Shown here: positions 17,085 through 27,244 of the stretch, piece after piece
Numbering within the stretch: position 1 is the first letter of the stretch
How the letters are laid out: every line of letters starts with the position of its first letter
Assembly (NCBI GenBank): GCA_965224705.1
Contig: OZ245056.1
Coordinates: 608,001 to 672,000 of the forward strand
Origin: Spirochaetaceae bacterium
GTDB taxonomy: Bacteria; Spirochaetota; Spirochaetia; DSM-2461
Length of the DNA: 64,000 nt
Reading direction: 5' to 3'
Program-made: the position numbers and the translations under genes
The notes under the pieces: model-generated
What the model saw: the letters and a program-made list of their open reading frames with translations, nothing else
Database searches by the model: none
What the model was told of the DNA's origin: nothing

Positions 17085-19388
17085 TCACCGATTACGAATC
17101 CTCTCATAGAAAGTGATGGCTGCAGGTATGAAAATCACTGTTCCTGTCATTGTTGAAAAAAGTGTTCCAGCAATAAGAAATCCAAAGAATACAACTGGCT
17201 TGAAGCTGGCAAAACATAGAACCAGAAGTCCGGCGACCAGAGAAAATGTGGTTAGCACAATGGGACGGCCCGTAATGTGCAAACTTGATGAGAGAGCGGA
17301 ATCATACGGTTGTAGAAGTCTTTGCTTCCTATACTGCAAAATGAAATGAACGGCATCATCCAGTCCGACGCCCACCGTTACATTCGTTACCAGAATAGTT
17401 GTCAGATCCAGGGGAATTCTGGTCAAATAGAGCGTAATGAAATAAAAGAAGATACCACTGAGCAAGGGTACCAGGGCAATCAAGCTGAATACAAACGATC
17501 GGAAAAAGATCCAGGTCACAATCATGCCCAGAGTGATGGAAATCAAAGTAGATCTCAGTTGATCACGTTTAATCGTCCGGGATGATTCCATAATTAGAAG
17601 TGTATTGCCCCACACATTAATTTCAACTGAATCATCAAAATAAACGGCTGATTCATCGTTGACAAAGTCCTGAAACTTCCGAACATCGTTTTCATTGATC
17701 ATGCTGTATGTATCTGTTTCAGCCAATTTGAGATAAACAGTTATCTGGGATGCATCATCGTTAATAATGGAGGAATCCTGACCAAAGATTATTTTATCTC
17801 GCGGGATCATACTGAAATAACGGTAGAGTAAAAGTATTAATCCCCTGGATTCCGGAACAGTCTCCTCCCCATTCACAGCTTCATTCATTGCTTTGAGAAT
17901 TCCAATAAATGACCGCTTGCTGGTTACAGAGGGATGTTCGCTGAGAACTGTTTCAAATCTGTCTGTTAAACTCAGAATTTTCGGATTGAGGAAAAAATTC
18001 TTCTCACCATTTGCCGCCGTCAGTGTTATATTGAATGTCTGGGAGCCGCCGCTGTGTTCGTTGATGAATTGACTCCCGATAATAAGGGGATCATCTGAGG
18101 GAAAATAAGAAAAGTAATCCGACTGGTGAAGGATGTGGGGGTAACCTGACAGGAAAAACACAAACAGCAGGATGAATGAAGCAAGCAGGATGTATCGATA
18201 TCGAGATGCCCACTGGCCGAACCGGGTGACAATGCTGATTATTGGACCATCTTTAATACGTTTGCGATGGATTGCCGGGGGTGTTTTAAGGATGTAAAAA
18301 ACAGATGGCAGAAAAGAAAGCGCCAGTATGGCACAAAAGAAAATTCCAAGGCTTATAGATAACCCAAACTCCCGGAGGGGACGAATAGTTGTTGTCAACA
18401 AACTCAAAAAACTGATCATTGTAGTGAGTGCGGCTATTATAACAGTGCGGATAACGTGTTCAACAGCATCAGTCAGCCATTGCATTTTTTCAGTTTCTCC
18501 AGATTTTTCAATCCGGTAATACTCATTGAGGATATGAATCGTATAAGAACTGCCAATCGTAAGAACCAGTGCCGGGACAATAACAGTGAGAACGGTGATC
18601 TTGAAACCAATCATGGACATAACACCCAGAGTCCAGATTGTTCCAACGACTGTGACCATAACAGGTAGAATGACAGCTCTCAGTGAGCGGAAACTAAGCC
18701 AGAAGATAGTAAGCATGGTAATCAGAGCTAGAATCATCAATCTGGAAAAATCTCTCAACAAGTAAAACGCCACTCGTTCTTGAAACGGGATCTCACCTGT
18801 ATGGTACACCCTGACCACCTCTTTGAGAGGTTTGATAGCCGCATCGAAAGAAATCATGAATGAGGCAGAATCCACCACCGTTCTACTTATAAATGCAGCA
18901 GTTAAAATTCGGCCATTGTCGGAAACAACCAGATTTCTCGACAGTGAGTTGCTCCTGACACGTTTTTCAAAAATCTCCAATTCTTCAAGATTCAATGGTG
19001 CCCTTCCAGTCGGAGAAACTGTTGCGGGAATGATCCGGCGGCCTTCCGCATCAAATGAAATGAAATTGAATGGTGACAGGGCAACTATGATTTCTGGTAT
19101 ATCCAGTATGGCATCAATTGTGTTTTGGAATTCCTGGAGGACCTTGAGATTATACAAATCATTGCCATAAATACTGATAAAGACAAAATTAGTGATTTCT
19201 TTCTCAATTCCCAGTTCCGTTCGTATTTTGTCTATCCGATCATTTTGTCTGGGTGTCAGATTGTTCACATCGGTATCGATACCTATATCTGCTGCTTTCC
19301 AGCCCATAAATACAGTGACCAATATCGTCAGGACTATAATGAGTTTCGAGTTTCTGAGAACGAATCGGATAAATTTCCTGATACTCAA
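17085..19388 (-). CDS. MMPL/RND family transporter
   Basis: Duplicated architecture of 1 TM, periplasmic domain and TM bundle; IGSSYTIH and GVGLDDAVH motifs. Confidence 0.9.
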   Translation of the reverse strand: MSIRKFIRFVLRNSKLIIVLTILVTVFMGWKAADIGIDTDVNNLTPRQNDRIDKIRTELGIEKEITNFVFISIYGNDLYNLKVLQEFQNTIDAILDIPEIIVALSPFNFISFDAEGRRIIPATVSPTGRAPLNLEELEIFEKRVRSNSLSRNLVVSDNGRILTAAFISRTVVDSASFMISFDAAIKPLKEVVRVYHTGEIPFQERVAFYLLRDFSRLMILALITMLTIFWLSFRSLRAVILPVMVTVVGTIWTLGVMSMIGFKITVLTVIVPALVLTIGSSYTIHILNEYYRIEKSGETEKMQWLTDAVEHVIRTVIIAALTTMISFLSLLTTTIRPLREFGLSISLGIFFCAILALSFLPSVFYILKTPPAIHRKRIKDGPIISIVTRFGQWASRYRYILLASFILLFVFFLSGYPHILHQSDYFSYFPSDDPLIIGSQFINEHSGGSQTFNITLTAANGEKNFFLNPKILSLTDRFETVLSEHPSVTSKRSFIGILKAMNEAVNGEETVPESRGLILLLYRYFSMIPRDKIIFGQDSSIINDDASQITVYLKLAETDTYSMINENDVRKFQDFVNDESAVYFDDSVEINVWGNTLLIMESSRTIKRDQLRSTLISITLGMIVTWIFFRSFVFSLIALVPLLSGIFFYFITLYLTRIPLDLTTILVTNVTVGVGLDDAVHFILQYRKQRLLQPYDSALSSSLHITGRPIVLTTFSLVAGLLVLCFASFKPVVFFGFLIAGTLFSTMTGTVIFIPAAITFYERIRNR

Positions 19389-19401
19389 AATTTATCTCAT
19401 T

Positions 19402-20142
19402 CTATTGATAACTCACGGAGTACTCCAGTGGTTCCGTAAGCATCAATACTGGCAGTAAGGGAATTCTGTATTTCACTGTATTCTTGTTGACTACATGGCC
19501 GCCTTTCTGGTCAATGATCTGCCCTTCTACCCGGATTGTCAGATCCAGCGAAGAGGATTGGATTCCTGCACGACTCACCTCGCCCAGAGCGAATTCCATC
19601 ATGTCGAGATATTCCTCTTCTGTCAGTCCTTCTGTGCTCGCTGGTCCAAACGTCTCGACAAGTGCGTTATTGAAGGATGGGTTTTCATCAAGCAGGGCTG
19701 TGATGGTTTTGCGGTTGAGCCTCACCGTTAATTTAGAAATACGCCCATCATTCTTCATCTGGACTATCTGACTCCCGGCGGAACCCGCTTCAATACTCTG
19801 AAGCAGTATGCTCGGATCCAGGAAAGTGAACTGTCCTGTTATCCTGTTCTGTGCCGGAGCTTCCAGGCTGACAAGGGTGATTCCCTCACGCTGCCGGAAA
19901 TCATTTTCAATAGCCTCCAGGTCAAAGAATGACAACTGATTTTCTGGTACACTGTCTCCGGGTTCCAGAAGCATCATGACCTGGGCAATCACCTCAGTCA
20001 GATAATCAGCAAGCTGAATATCGAAGCTTACCCTTCCATTGCCTGACTTCTCAATGTAAACATCCTGTTTCACAGCACAGGAAGCCGCCATAATGATGCT
20101 GAGCATCCCAATCAATACCGGGTTTACCATTATTCTCTTCAA
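19402..20142 (-). CDS. Hypothetical lipoprotein
   Basis: Signal peptide ending MAAS-C; 13 bp upstream of the RND gene. Confidence 0.7.
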   Translation of the reverse strand: MKRIMVNPVLIGMLSIIMAASCAVKQDVYIEKSGNGRVSFDIQLADYLTEVIAQVMMLLEPGDSVPENQLSFFDLEAIENDFRQREGITLVSLEAPAQNRITGQFTFLDPSILLQSIEAGSAGSQIVQMKNDGRISKLTVRLNRKTITALLDENPSFNNALVETFGPASTEGLTEEEYLDMMEFALGEVSRAGIQSSSLDLTIRVEGQIIDQKGGHVVNKNTVKYRIPLLPVLMLTEPLEYSVSYQ

Positions 20143-20332
20143 AGCAACACCTCAAACAGGGTTTATAGAAAGCTCAACTCCTGTCTGCCCAGGCATCCAG
20201 TTTCCACGAGTACCACGTCGACATAGCAAAAAAACAAGCCGGAACCGCAATGGGTGCTTTCAGAGTTCCCCATCAAACTATAGTATAATGAAGAATAAAC
20301 AAAATGTCACGCCCTCTCTTGATGCTGCCCCC

Positions 20333-20555
20333 AGTGTCCGAAAGCTTGTAGAGATGAAACGGCGACAATTTCTACAAGGATAATATATTATGAATAAAGA
20401 AATTACAATGGTTTTCGATTGGCATGATCTTCTAACACTTAAAATGATTTTTTATCAAATCTTACCCGTAAACAGTGTAGGAACAACTATATCAAACAAA
20501 AACTCCTCCTTACCCAGGTACAGCGCAAACAGACATCTACAAGCTTCCTGACACT
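20333..20555. mobile_element. MITE family A (223 bp)
   Basis: Ends AGTGTCCGAAAGCTTGT / ACAAGCTTCCTGACACT; interior aligns in reverse with 24659-25171. Confidence 0.8.
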
Positions 20556-20767
20556 ACAATCTGCTTGCAGAAACCTGAAATCCAGAACGAAATGCGGCTG
20601 CGGGAAAAGTCTCTGCATGATAACAGAAAAGATGAGAAAAGGCTTCTGCCAATGGCACACTTCAGTTTTCTAAAAACTGTTATGGACAAGGCTTTTGAAA
20701 CTGATGTATAATTAGCTATATAGTGAAGGATTATGATACATTGAACAAGGAAGCTATGTAATATATA

Positions 20768-21262
20768 ATGAAATCACCCAACAATTGGCATAGATTAAAT
20801 CAGAATCATTTATTGCCAGATAGAATCAGCGAGATAATTGGCCGGATCGGGGAGCTTTATTCAAGCTACTTTGACCAGAATTGGTTCACGACCTTTTTAG
20901 GTGACTTCCCCATGACAACCGGACAGTTCTATGATATTCGCGCCTGCATATCGATAAGTGAACCTGTTCAAGCCGACATTCCGGTTATTCAAGAGGGTCT
21001 CAAATCCCTGAAAGTTTACATACAACTCCTGAAAGAAACCATTGTACCAGAAATCACAAACATCAGCAGCAGAAAAACTTCGAAGAGGAATATGGAAGCA
21101 ATGACCAGCGAATCCAGAACACGTACAGAAATCATTGCCTACCTTCTTCCCCTGAATCTTAATACACTGGAAGATCTGGTTAAGGAACTTGAAGAATCCC
21201 TGCCTAAGATGCCAGTTTCAAAGAAAAGAATTAACAGGATTGGACCACCTTTCAGACATTGA
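20768..21262 (+). CDS. Hypothetical protein
   Basis: 164-aa ORF occupying an otherwise empty interval; no motif recognised. Confidence 0.6.
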   Translation: MKSPNNWHRLNQNHLLPDRISEIIGRIGELYSSYFDQNWFTTFLGDFPMTTGQFYDIRACISISEPVQADIPVIQEGLKSLKVYIQLLKETIVPEITNISSRKTSKRNMEAMTSESRTRTEIIAYLLPLNLNTLEDLVKELEESLPKMPVSKKRINRIGPPFRH

Positions 21263-21473
21263 CAGTGTTGTGCATAAGGCATACACCCCGGCCTTTGCGA
21301 AAACCGAGCATTTTCTCCACTTCTTCATCAGGTCATGGTCTCTTCAAGGTCGGCCAGAACCATGGATAACCCGATGTTTCCTAATGATAAGAGATCCTGT
21401 CGGCAGAGAATATGTAATCTCTTATCCTATCAGATATAATCCGGTGATAGAAACACCCGGTTCATTTAACAGG

Positions 21474-21635
21474 GAGTCTGTCGGACTTACGCCTCACGCC
21501 TCGATTTCTGTCCTTTTTTCCCGCTGCTGCGTTGCCAGAATACTCACGCAGCCCGGCTACACTTGAGTTTTTGTCGCCTTGCATCAGGAAAAAATCATCA
21601 AAAATCGCCTCGAAGTCTCAAAGTCCAACAGACTC
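21474..21635. mobile_element. MITE family B, copy 2, inserted into a family A terminal repeat
   Basis: TIRs GAGTCTGTCGGA / TCCAACAGACTC; flanks CAGG/CAGA; removing it restores ACAGGCTTTCTGACACT. Confidence 0.85.
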
Positions 21636-21838
21636 CAGACTTTCTGACACTGCATATACCTCATAATCCGGTAGAAATTGAGTATTCGTTGTTTTACAGA
21701 ACACCGAAAATTTCCAGACACGGCTTTTTGAAACTGGATCAGCAGGCGATTTACATCCGCAGTGCTTCAGGTGCCCATAAGTAAGAACTGTAATTTTATC
21801 ATTGATATTTCTTATTTGAGAGATTAAATTACTACCTT

Positions 21839-22861
21839 ATGCGACGTTATTCAGTTGTCATCGTTCTCTTGCATGCAGCCGTACTTCATCTCCAGGCCCT
21901 GCCTGCTCAACGAGGTTGGACTCTGTCTCCCAATGTGGGCCTCCATTGGGGAGAAGTACATGAAATTGTCTATTACCCTCCTACACTCCAATATCCTACA
22001 AGCAATGAGTATTACAGTCTTCTGACCTGGGAACTGAAGAATATCCTTATGATGGGTCTGGACACTCGCTGGGAGAGTGGTAGAGCTTTGGGAATTGAAC
22101 TTGATTTTAATACAGCGATACCTGGCTGGCATGCAGGAAAAATGAACGATTATGACTGGCTCTTCACTGACAGGGACTGGAGCCATTGGTCATTGAGTGA
22201 TATTGAACTCAGATGGGGTTTCTCCCTGGATGCCTCTGCCGATTTAAGGGTTATGGATAAGGGCCCGATTTCATTTCATCTCGGACTGGCCTATCACCTT
22301 GATACCTGGGCATGGACTGATACACTGGAAAACTCCATCTATTCCACCGGATTTGAGACTTATCCAATTCCTTTTGATTCTTCATCCAAACATGTTTTTC
22401 GGGATCCTGAGCATGTTCCAGGCAGCATAGGAGCCAATGCCATTGACTACGAGATCTTTTATCACAGTCTGCTTGCTGTTTTCAAAATGCGAGTCCAGAA
22501 TAAAAGATGGTTTATCGAGTTAGCTGCCCGAATTGGTCCTTCACTGGCTTATGCCATGGATTTCCATAAGTTACGTGATGGTGGAAATGGACTTAAATAT
22601 ATGAATACTGGAATCGGTTTTCCCTGGATTGATGGGACGATTGATGTGGGAATCCATTTCACGGAAAGAATTTCCCTCACACTTCGGGGAGAAATTGCCT
22701 GGAAGAGTGCTATTCGCTCTCATACAATTTACTACTACCCCAGGTTGGATGCCTACAAGAAGACGAATTATGATGCTGGTGGTGTAAACTTTGTGCGAGG
22801 AGCTTTGAGTATTCAGTTTTCATTGACCCTGGATCCTCTTCATCACAATATGGATTCGTAA
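21839..22861 (+). CDS. Omptin family outer-membrane protease
   Basis: Signal peptide; EIVY, SLLTW, GKMNDYDW (Asp pair), DFHKLR (Asp-x-His); beta-strand pattern. Confidence 0.8.
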   Translation: MRRYSVVIVLLHAAVLHLQALPAQRGWTLSPNVGLHWGEVHEIVYYPPTLQYPTSNEYYSLLTWELKNILMMGLDTRWESGRALGIELDFNTAIPGWHAGKMNDYDWLFTDRDWSHWSLSDIELRWGFSLDASADLRVMDKGPISFHLGLAYHLDTWAWTDTLENSIYSTGFETYPIPFDSSSKHVFRDPEHVPGSIGANAIDYEIFYHSLLAVFKMRVQNKRWFIELAARIGPSLAYAMDFHKLRDGGNGLKYMNTGIGFPWIDGTIDVGIHFTERISLTLRGEIAWKSAIRSHTIYYYPRLDAYKKTNYDAGGVNFVRGALSIQFSLTLDPLHHNMDS

Positions 22862-22902
22862 TACTATGGTATTCCCTGAGTTAGAATAAAAGGATAGACA
22901 AA

Positions 22903-24627
22903 ATGGACAAGCTTCAAAGAATGCGCCACTCCATGGCTCATGTTATGGCATCTGGAGTACTGAAAATGTTTCCAGATGCAAAAATTGCAATCGGCCCCCC
23001 TATTGATGATGGTTTTTACTATGATTTTGACCTGCCGCGTCAGCTGAAGCCGGATGATCTTCCCGTTATTGAGCAATACATGACAGAGGTTGTTCAGGCC
23101 GATGTACCATTTGAAAAGGAAGTGATTTCCCGGTCAAAGGCCCTGGATTTCTTCCAGGGTCAGGATTACAAGATAGAACTTATTAACGATCTTCCCGAGA
23201 ATGAAGAGATTTCCCTCTATCATATGGGAGATTTTGTTGACCTCTGCCGGGGGCCTCATGTGGAATCAACAGGCAGGCTCAACCCACAGGGTTTCAAGCT
23301 CCTGAGTATCGCCGGTGCCTACTGGCGCGGCGATGAAAAAAGGCCCATGCTGCAGCGTATCTATGGTACGGCCTGGAATGAAAAAAAACAGCTGAGAGTC
23401 CATCTCAACTACCTTGAAGAAGTAGAAAAACGTGACCATCGGCGTCTGGGCAGGGAACTCGACTTGTTCAGTCTTCAGGAAAAGGCCGGACCCGGATTGG
23501 TGTACTGGCATCCGAAAGGAGGCCGTATCCGCGTTGCTGTAGAAGATTTCTGGCGGCAGGAACACTATAAAAACGGCTATGAGATGATATTCACTCCCCA
23601 TGTAGGAAAAAGCTGGCTGTGGGAAACTTCGGGGCATCTGGAGTTTTATGCCGAAGGTATGTATCCCCACATGGTGATGGACAGGGCCAACTACTACACA
23701 AAACCCATGAACTGCCCCTTCCATGTCATGATTTATAACAACGGGAAGCATTCGTATCGGGATTTACCTTACCGATGGGCAGAATTGGGTACTGTGTACA
23801 GATATGAGCGTTCCGGGACTCTCCATGGCCTGCTTCGTGTGCGGGGGTTCACCCAGGATGACGCCCACCTCATCTGTACTCCGACCCAGATGCAGGATGA
23901 GATACAGGAAGTCTTACGCTTCAGCCTTTATATGCTCCGATCTTTTGGATTCCAGGAAATATCGGCCTATCTTGCCACCAAACCGGAAAAAGCCGTGGGA
24001 AGCCTTGCCCGATGGGACAATGCACAGCTTTCTCTTAAAAAAGCCATTGAATCCGAAGGGGTGGAATACCATATTGACGAAGGCGGCGGTGCATTTTACG
24101 GCCCTAAAATTGATCTCAAAGTTAAAGATGCCCTGGGTCGGCAATGGCAGCTGACAACTATTCAGTTTGATTTCAATCTTCCAGACCGCTTCGATATGAC
24201 GTTTACTGATGCGGATGGCAGCGAACAGCGTCCGTACATGATTCATCGTGCACTTTTAGGCAGTCTTGAACGATTCTTCGGTGTAATGATAGAGAATTAT
24301 GGAGGCGCTTTTCCTGTTTGGCTGTCCCCAGTGCAGGCTGTGATTATACCTGTTGCTCCTGCATTTAATGATTATGCTGTTGAGGTTAAGACGAAGCTTG
24401 GCAGCAGGGGTATCAGGGTTGATGCCGATCTTGGAAAAGACAGATTGAACGCTAAAATTCGATACCATCAAACTCAAAAAATTCCATACATGCTGGTTGT
24501 CGGGGAGCGGGAACAACAGGAAAACAAAGTGAGTATTCGCGTGAGAACTGGCGAGAAAACTGATTTATCACTGGACAATGCTCTTCTGATGATATGTGAA
24601 AAAATCGAAAATAAGGAAATGCCTTAG
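22903..24627 (+). CDS. thrS: Threonyl-tRNA synthetase (lacks the N-terminal TGS domain)
   Basis: RHSMAHV, DLCRGPH, KPMNCP, LLRVRGFTQDDAH, FYGPKID, IHRALLGS. Confidence 0.98.
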   Translation: MDKLQRMRHSMAHVMASGVLKMFPDAKIAIGPPIDDGFYYDFDLPRQLKPDDLPVIEQYMTEVVQADVPFEKEVISRSKALDFFQGQDYKIELINDLPENEEISLYHMGDFVDLCRGPHVESTGRLNPQGFKLLSIAGAYWRGDEKRPMLQRIYGTAWNEKKQLRVHLNYLEEVEKRDHRRLGRELDLFSLQEKAGPGLVYWHPKGGRIRVAVEDFWRQEHYKNGYEMIFTPHVGKSWLWETSGHLEFYAEGMYPHMVMDRANYYTKPMNCPFHVMIYNNGKHSYRDLPYRWAELGTVYRYERSGTLHGLLRVRGFTQDDAHLICTPTQMQDEIQEVLRFSLYMLRSFGFQEISAYLATKPEKAVGSLARWDNAQLSLKKAIESEGVEYHIDEGGGAFYGPKIDLKVKDALGRQWQLTTIQFDFNLPDRFDMTFTDADGSEQRPYMIHRALLGSLERFFGVMIENYGGAFPVWLSPVQAVIIPVAPAFNDYAVEVKTKLGSRGIRVDADLGKDRLNAKIRYHQTQKIPYMLVVGEREQQENKVSIRVRTGEKTDLSLDNALLMICEKIENKEMP

Positions 24628-24701
24628 ATATCTTTTTTGCAGGAGCAGACAGATTCCCAGTGTCAGGAAGCCTGTAGATGTCTGCCTGCACTGTACCTGA
24701 G

Positions 24702-24988
24702 GAGTCTGTCGGACTTTAAGACTTCGAGGCGATTTTTGATGATTTTTGCCTGATGCAAGGCGACAAAAACTCAAGCGTAGCTGGGCTACGTGAGTATTTT
24801 GGCAACGCAGCAGCAGGGGATGCGAGTCTATGGACTCGCATCCTGAGAGAGTGCCGAGTGATAGCGAGGAAAAGCCGCCACGGATGGCGGCGAAAACGAA
24901 CGAAGGCGGCTCTCCAGAAGCAAGCAGGAGGCTTGCTTCTGGAGAGAAGGGCAAAAATCGAGCCGTGAGGCGTAAGTCCGACAGACTC
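24702..24988. mobile_element. MITE family B, copy 3 (reverse orientation, with a ~130-bp insert)
   Basis: TIRs GAGTCTGTCGGA / TCCGACAGACTC; 4-bp duplication TGAG. Confidence 0.85.
24818..24946. repeat. Multi-hairpin REP-like repeat (family C)
   Basis: Hairpins GGATGCGAGTC/GACTCGCATCC, GCCGCCA/TGGCGGC and CTCTCCAGAAGCAAGC/GCTTGCTTCTGGAGAG; partial copy at 39514-39561. Confidence 0.7.
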
Positions 24989-25190
24989 TGAGTAAGGTGA
25001 AGTTTTTATTCGTATAGTTGCTCTTATACTGTTTTTGATTGTGATTTGATGAAAAAATCATTTTGATCGCTGAAAACTCATACCCATCGAAAGCCATGTA
25101 ACTGCTTCACATATAATATGTTATCCCTGTAAAATCTGTCTCCATTCTATCTTTACAAGCTTCCGGACACTCAGAGATTTTAAATAGGGC

Positions 25191-25220
25191 TTGACATTAT
25201 TGTCTTAGTACAGTAGTATA
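25191..25220 (+). promoter_or_regulatory. sigma70 promoter overlapped by a putative YtrA/GntR operator
   Basis: TTGACA-N17-TAGTAT; imperfect palindrome TGTCTTAGTACAGTAGTATA at 25201-25220. Confidence 0.6.
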
Positions 25221-25249
25221 GTTGTATCATTATTCAGGAGGTATTATGA

Positions 25250-26104
25250 GTGATAACAATGCAGGACATGTCTTTTGGTTACAACAGAGGATCATTATTC
25301 GAAGGATTGAATCTCAATATCAATAAAGGCCGTATTTACGGATTACTTGGCCTCAACGGTGCGGGAAAAACTTCACTACTCAGACTGATTTCAGGTCTGT
25401 TGTTTCCGAAGGGAGGCCGGATAAGGGTGTTGGGAGAAGATCCAGGCAGGAGAACTCCTGGTTTACTTTCAAAAATCATAGTTTTGCCAGAAGAGTTAAA
25501 TGCTCCTTCTATTACTGATCGTGAATATGCTATGTCCCGTTCCGTATTCTACCCAGAGTTTGATCATGATCAGTTTGAGAGGTATCTGAACGAGTTCGAG
25601 ATTCCTCGGAATAAGAAACTGAACAACCTTTCTTATGGACAGAAGAAAAAGTTTCTTATGTCTTTTGGTCTGGCCTCCGGGTGTGAGTTATTCATAATGG
25701 ATGAACCAACGAACGGTCTGGATATTCCATCCAAGGTTGTATTTCGAAAGCTCGTTGCTGAAGCCCTTACAGAAGATCGGCTCTTCATCGTTTCCACTCA
25801 TCAGGTGCGGGATGTTGATGCCCTGCTTGATTCCATCATCATACTTAGTAATGGGAAAATTCTTTTCTCCCATGCACTGAGCGATGTTGAAAATCGAATG
25901 CATATGACCCGAACAAGTTCTCCTCCGGAGGAAAATGCTGAAGGACTTATTTTTTCTCAATCGGTTATTGCTGCTCACCTGTCGGTTTGGGCTGGTGCGG
26001 ATGAAAATGGTACTTCAATAGATCTGGAAGTTCTTTTCAATGCCATTATGGCCAAATCCGATATAATCAACAGTTTTTTAACTGAAAAAGGAGAGACTGT
26101 ATGA
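25250..26104 (+). CDS. ABC transporter ATP-binding protein
   Basis: GLNGAGKT, LSYGQ, MDEPTNGLD, STH. Confidence 0.95.
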   Translation: MITMQDMSFGYNRGSLFEGLNLNINKGRIYGLLGLNGAGKTSLLRLISGLLFPKGGRIRVLGEDPGRRTPGLLSKIIVLPEELNAPSITDREYAMSRSVFYPEFDHDQFERYLNEFEIPRNKKLNNLSYGQKKKFLMSFGLASGCELFIMDEPTNGLDIPSKVVFRKLVAEALTEDRLFIVSTHQVRDVDALLDSIIILSNGKILFSHALSDVENRMHMTRTSSPPEENAEGLIFSQSVIAAHLSVWAGADENGTSIDLEVLFNAIMAKSDIINSFLTEKGETV

Positions 26105-26880
26105 ATCAGATATTGAGCCTCAGACGAATCGGCTTTCTTGCGAAAATTTCTATCTATACGAACTGGAGAATGGCACTGATCAGTGCCGGTGCTATCAATG
26201 GACTCATTCTGCTTCTCGCCATTGTCAAAGCTATATTTAAATCCTCGTTGAATTATATGTCATACCTGGAACTCCCTCTGTTTGCTGCAGCAATTATTAC
26301 AGCCAGTATGGCATTCCTCGATCTCCACAATAAAACCAAAAATGATGACTTCCTTCTTCTGCCGGCGTCTGCTCTTGAGAAGACCATTGTTCGGCTTGTA
26401 GGTGTTTCATTTGTTGTGCCTCTGTTTGCTGTCATTGTTGTGACTATAGCCGCACTGATATCTGAGACCGTTCGCACCCTTGTCTTTGGGTTATCATTTA
26501 ATATGTTCAATCCCTTCTCACTGGAAGTTTTGACGAATTGGAAATATCTCATTGCAGTTCAATCTGTTTTCTTCCTGGGAGCGGCCTGGTTCAAAAAAGC
26601 CCATGCCGTAAAAACCGCTTTTTCTGTTGTCGTTCTTACAATTATTCTTGGTCTTATTGCCGTCTTTATATTCAGAATTGTATTTCATCAGTCATTTCAT
26701 AACTTATTCACATTCTCAAATCTTTCGGTATTCAATGAGATGAGCGAGGTGGAAAGCTGGCATTATTTTTATTCTCTGACTCGAATTTTGAAAATTCTCT
26801 TTCTTGGAGTATTTCCCATCTTCTGCTGGGTGACGGCCTGGATTTGTGTCAAAGAAACACAGAGTAGTGATGGAATTTGA
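26101..26880 (+). CDS. ABC-2 type permease-like membrane protein
   Basis: About 6 TM segments, LLLPASALEK motif, overlaps the ATPase stop. Confidence 0.8.
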   Translation: MNQILSLRRIGFLAKISIYTNWRMALISAGAINGLILLLAIVKAIFKSSLNYMSYLELPLFAAAIITASMAFLDLHNKTKNDDFLLLPASALEKTIVRLVGVSFVVPLFAVIVVTIAALISETVRTLVFGLSFNMFNPFSLEVLTNWKYLIAVQSVFFLGAAWFKKAHAVKTAFSVVVLTIILGLIAVFIFRIVFHQSFHNLFTFSNLSVFNEMSEVESWHYFYSLTRILKILFLGVFPIFCWVTAWICVKETQSSDGI

Positions 26881-27244
26881 CAGTGTAAAATGCATATATC
26901 TCCAGATAGCCGATCAGAGTCGGGAGCGCATTCTTACCGGCGAATGGCCAGTGGGAGGAAAAATCCCCTCAGTACGAGAAATGGCCGTGAATATGGGAGT
27001 GAATCCCAACACAGTACTCCGAAGTTATCAAACCCTTGTCAGTGATGGAATCATCGAGAACCATCGAGGCTTTGGTTACATTGTTACACCTGGTGCATTG
27101 CAGGTGATTGAGGAAATGATGAAAAAACAGTTCATTGAAAAAGAACTGCCCAGGATATTCTCCACCATGGAAAAGCTTGGTTTCGGAATCATGGACATTG
27201 TTTCCTACTATGAAAATAAGGAAAAGGAAAATGAAAACCAGTAG
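26870..27244 (+). CDS. GntR family regulator (YtrA subfamily)
   Basis: IYLQIAD, KIPSVREMA, VNPNTV, RGFG; short C-terminus. Confidence 0.92.
   Translation: MEFDSVKCIYLQIADQSRERILTGEWPVGGKIPSVREMAVNMGVNPNTVLRSYQTLVSDGIIENHRGFGYIVTPGALQVIEEMMKKQFIEKELPRIFSTMEKLGFGIMDIVSYYENKEKENENQ

Larger units (their letters stand above)
24659..25171. mobile_element. MITE family A carrying nested family B and C elements
   Basis: Ends AGTGTCAGGAAGCCTGT / ACAAGCTTCCGGACACT; homologous to 20333-20555 once 24702-24992 is removed. Confidence 0.8.

Noticed and set aside
21264..21468. Second terminal repeat completing a family A element ending at 21651
   Set aside because: Only AGTGT matches at 21264; too weak to set a boundary
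22862..22902. T-box leader for thrS
   Set aside because: Only 41 bp of intergenic space and no T-box motif
24568..25097. Short ORFs with near-identical peptides (also 21563-21784)
   Set aside because: They are translations of MITE sequence, not genes
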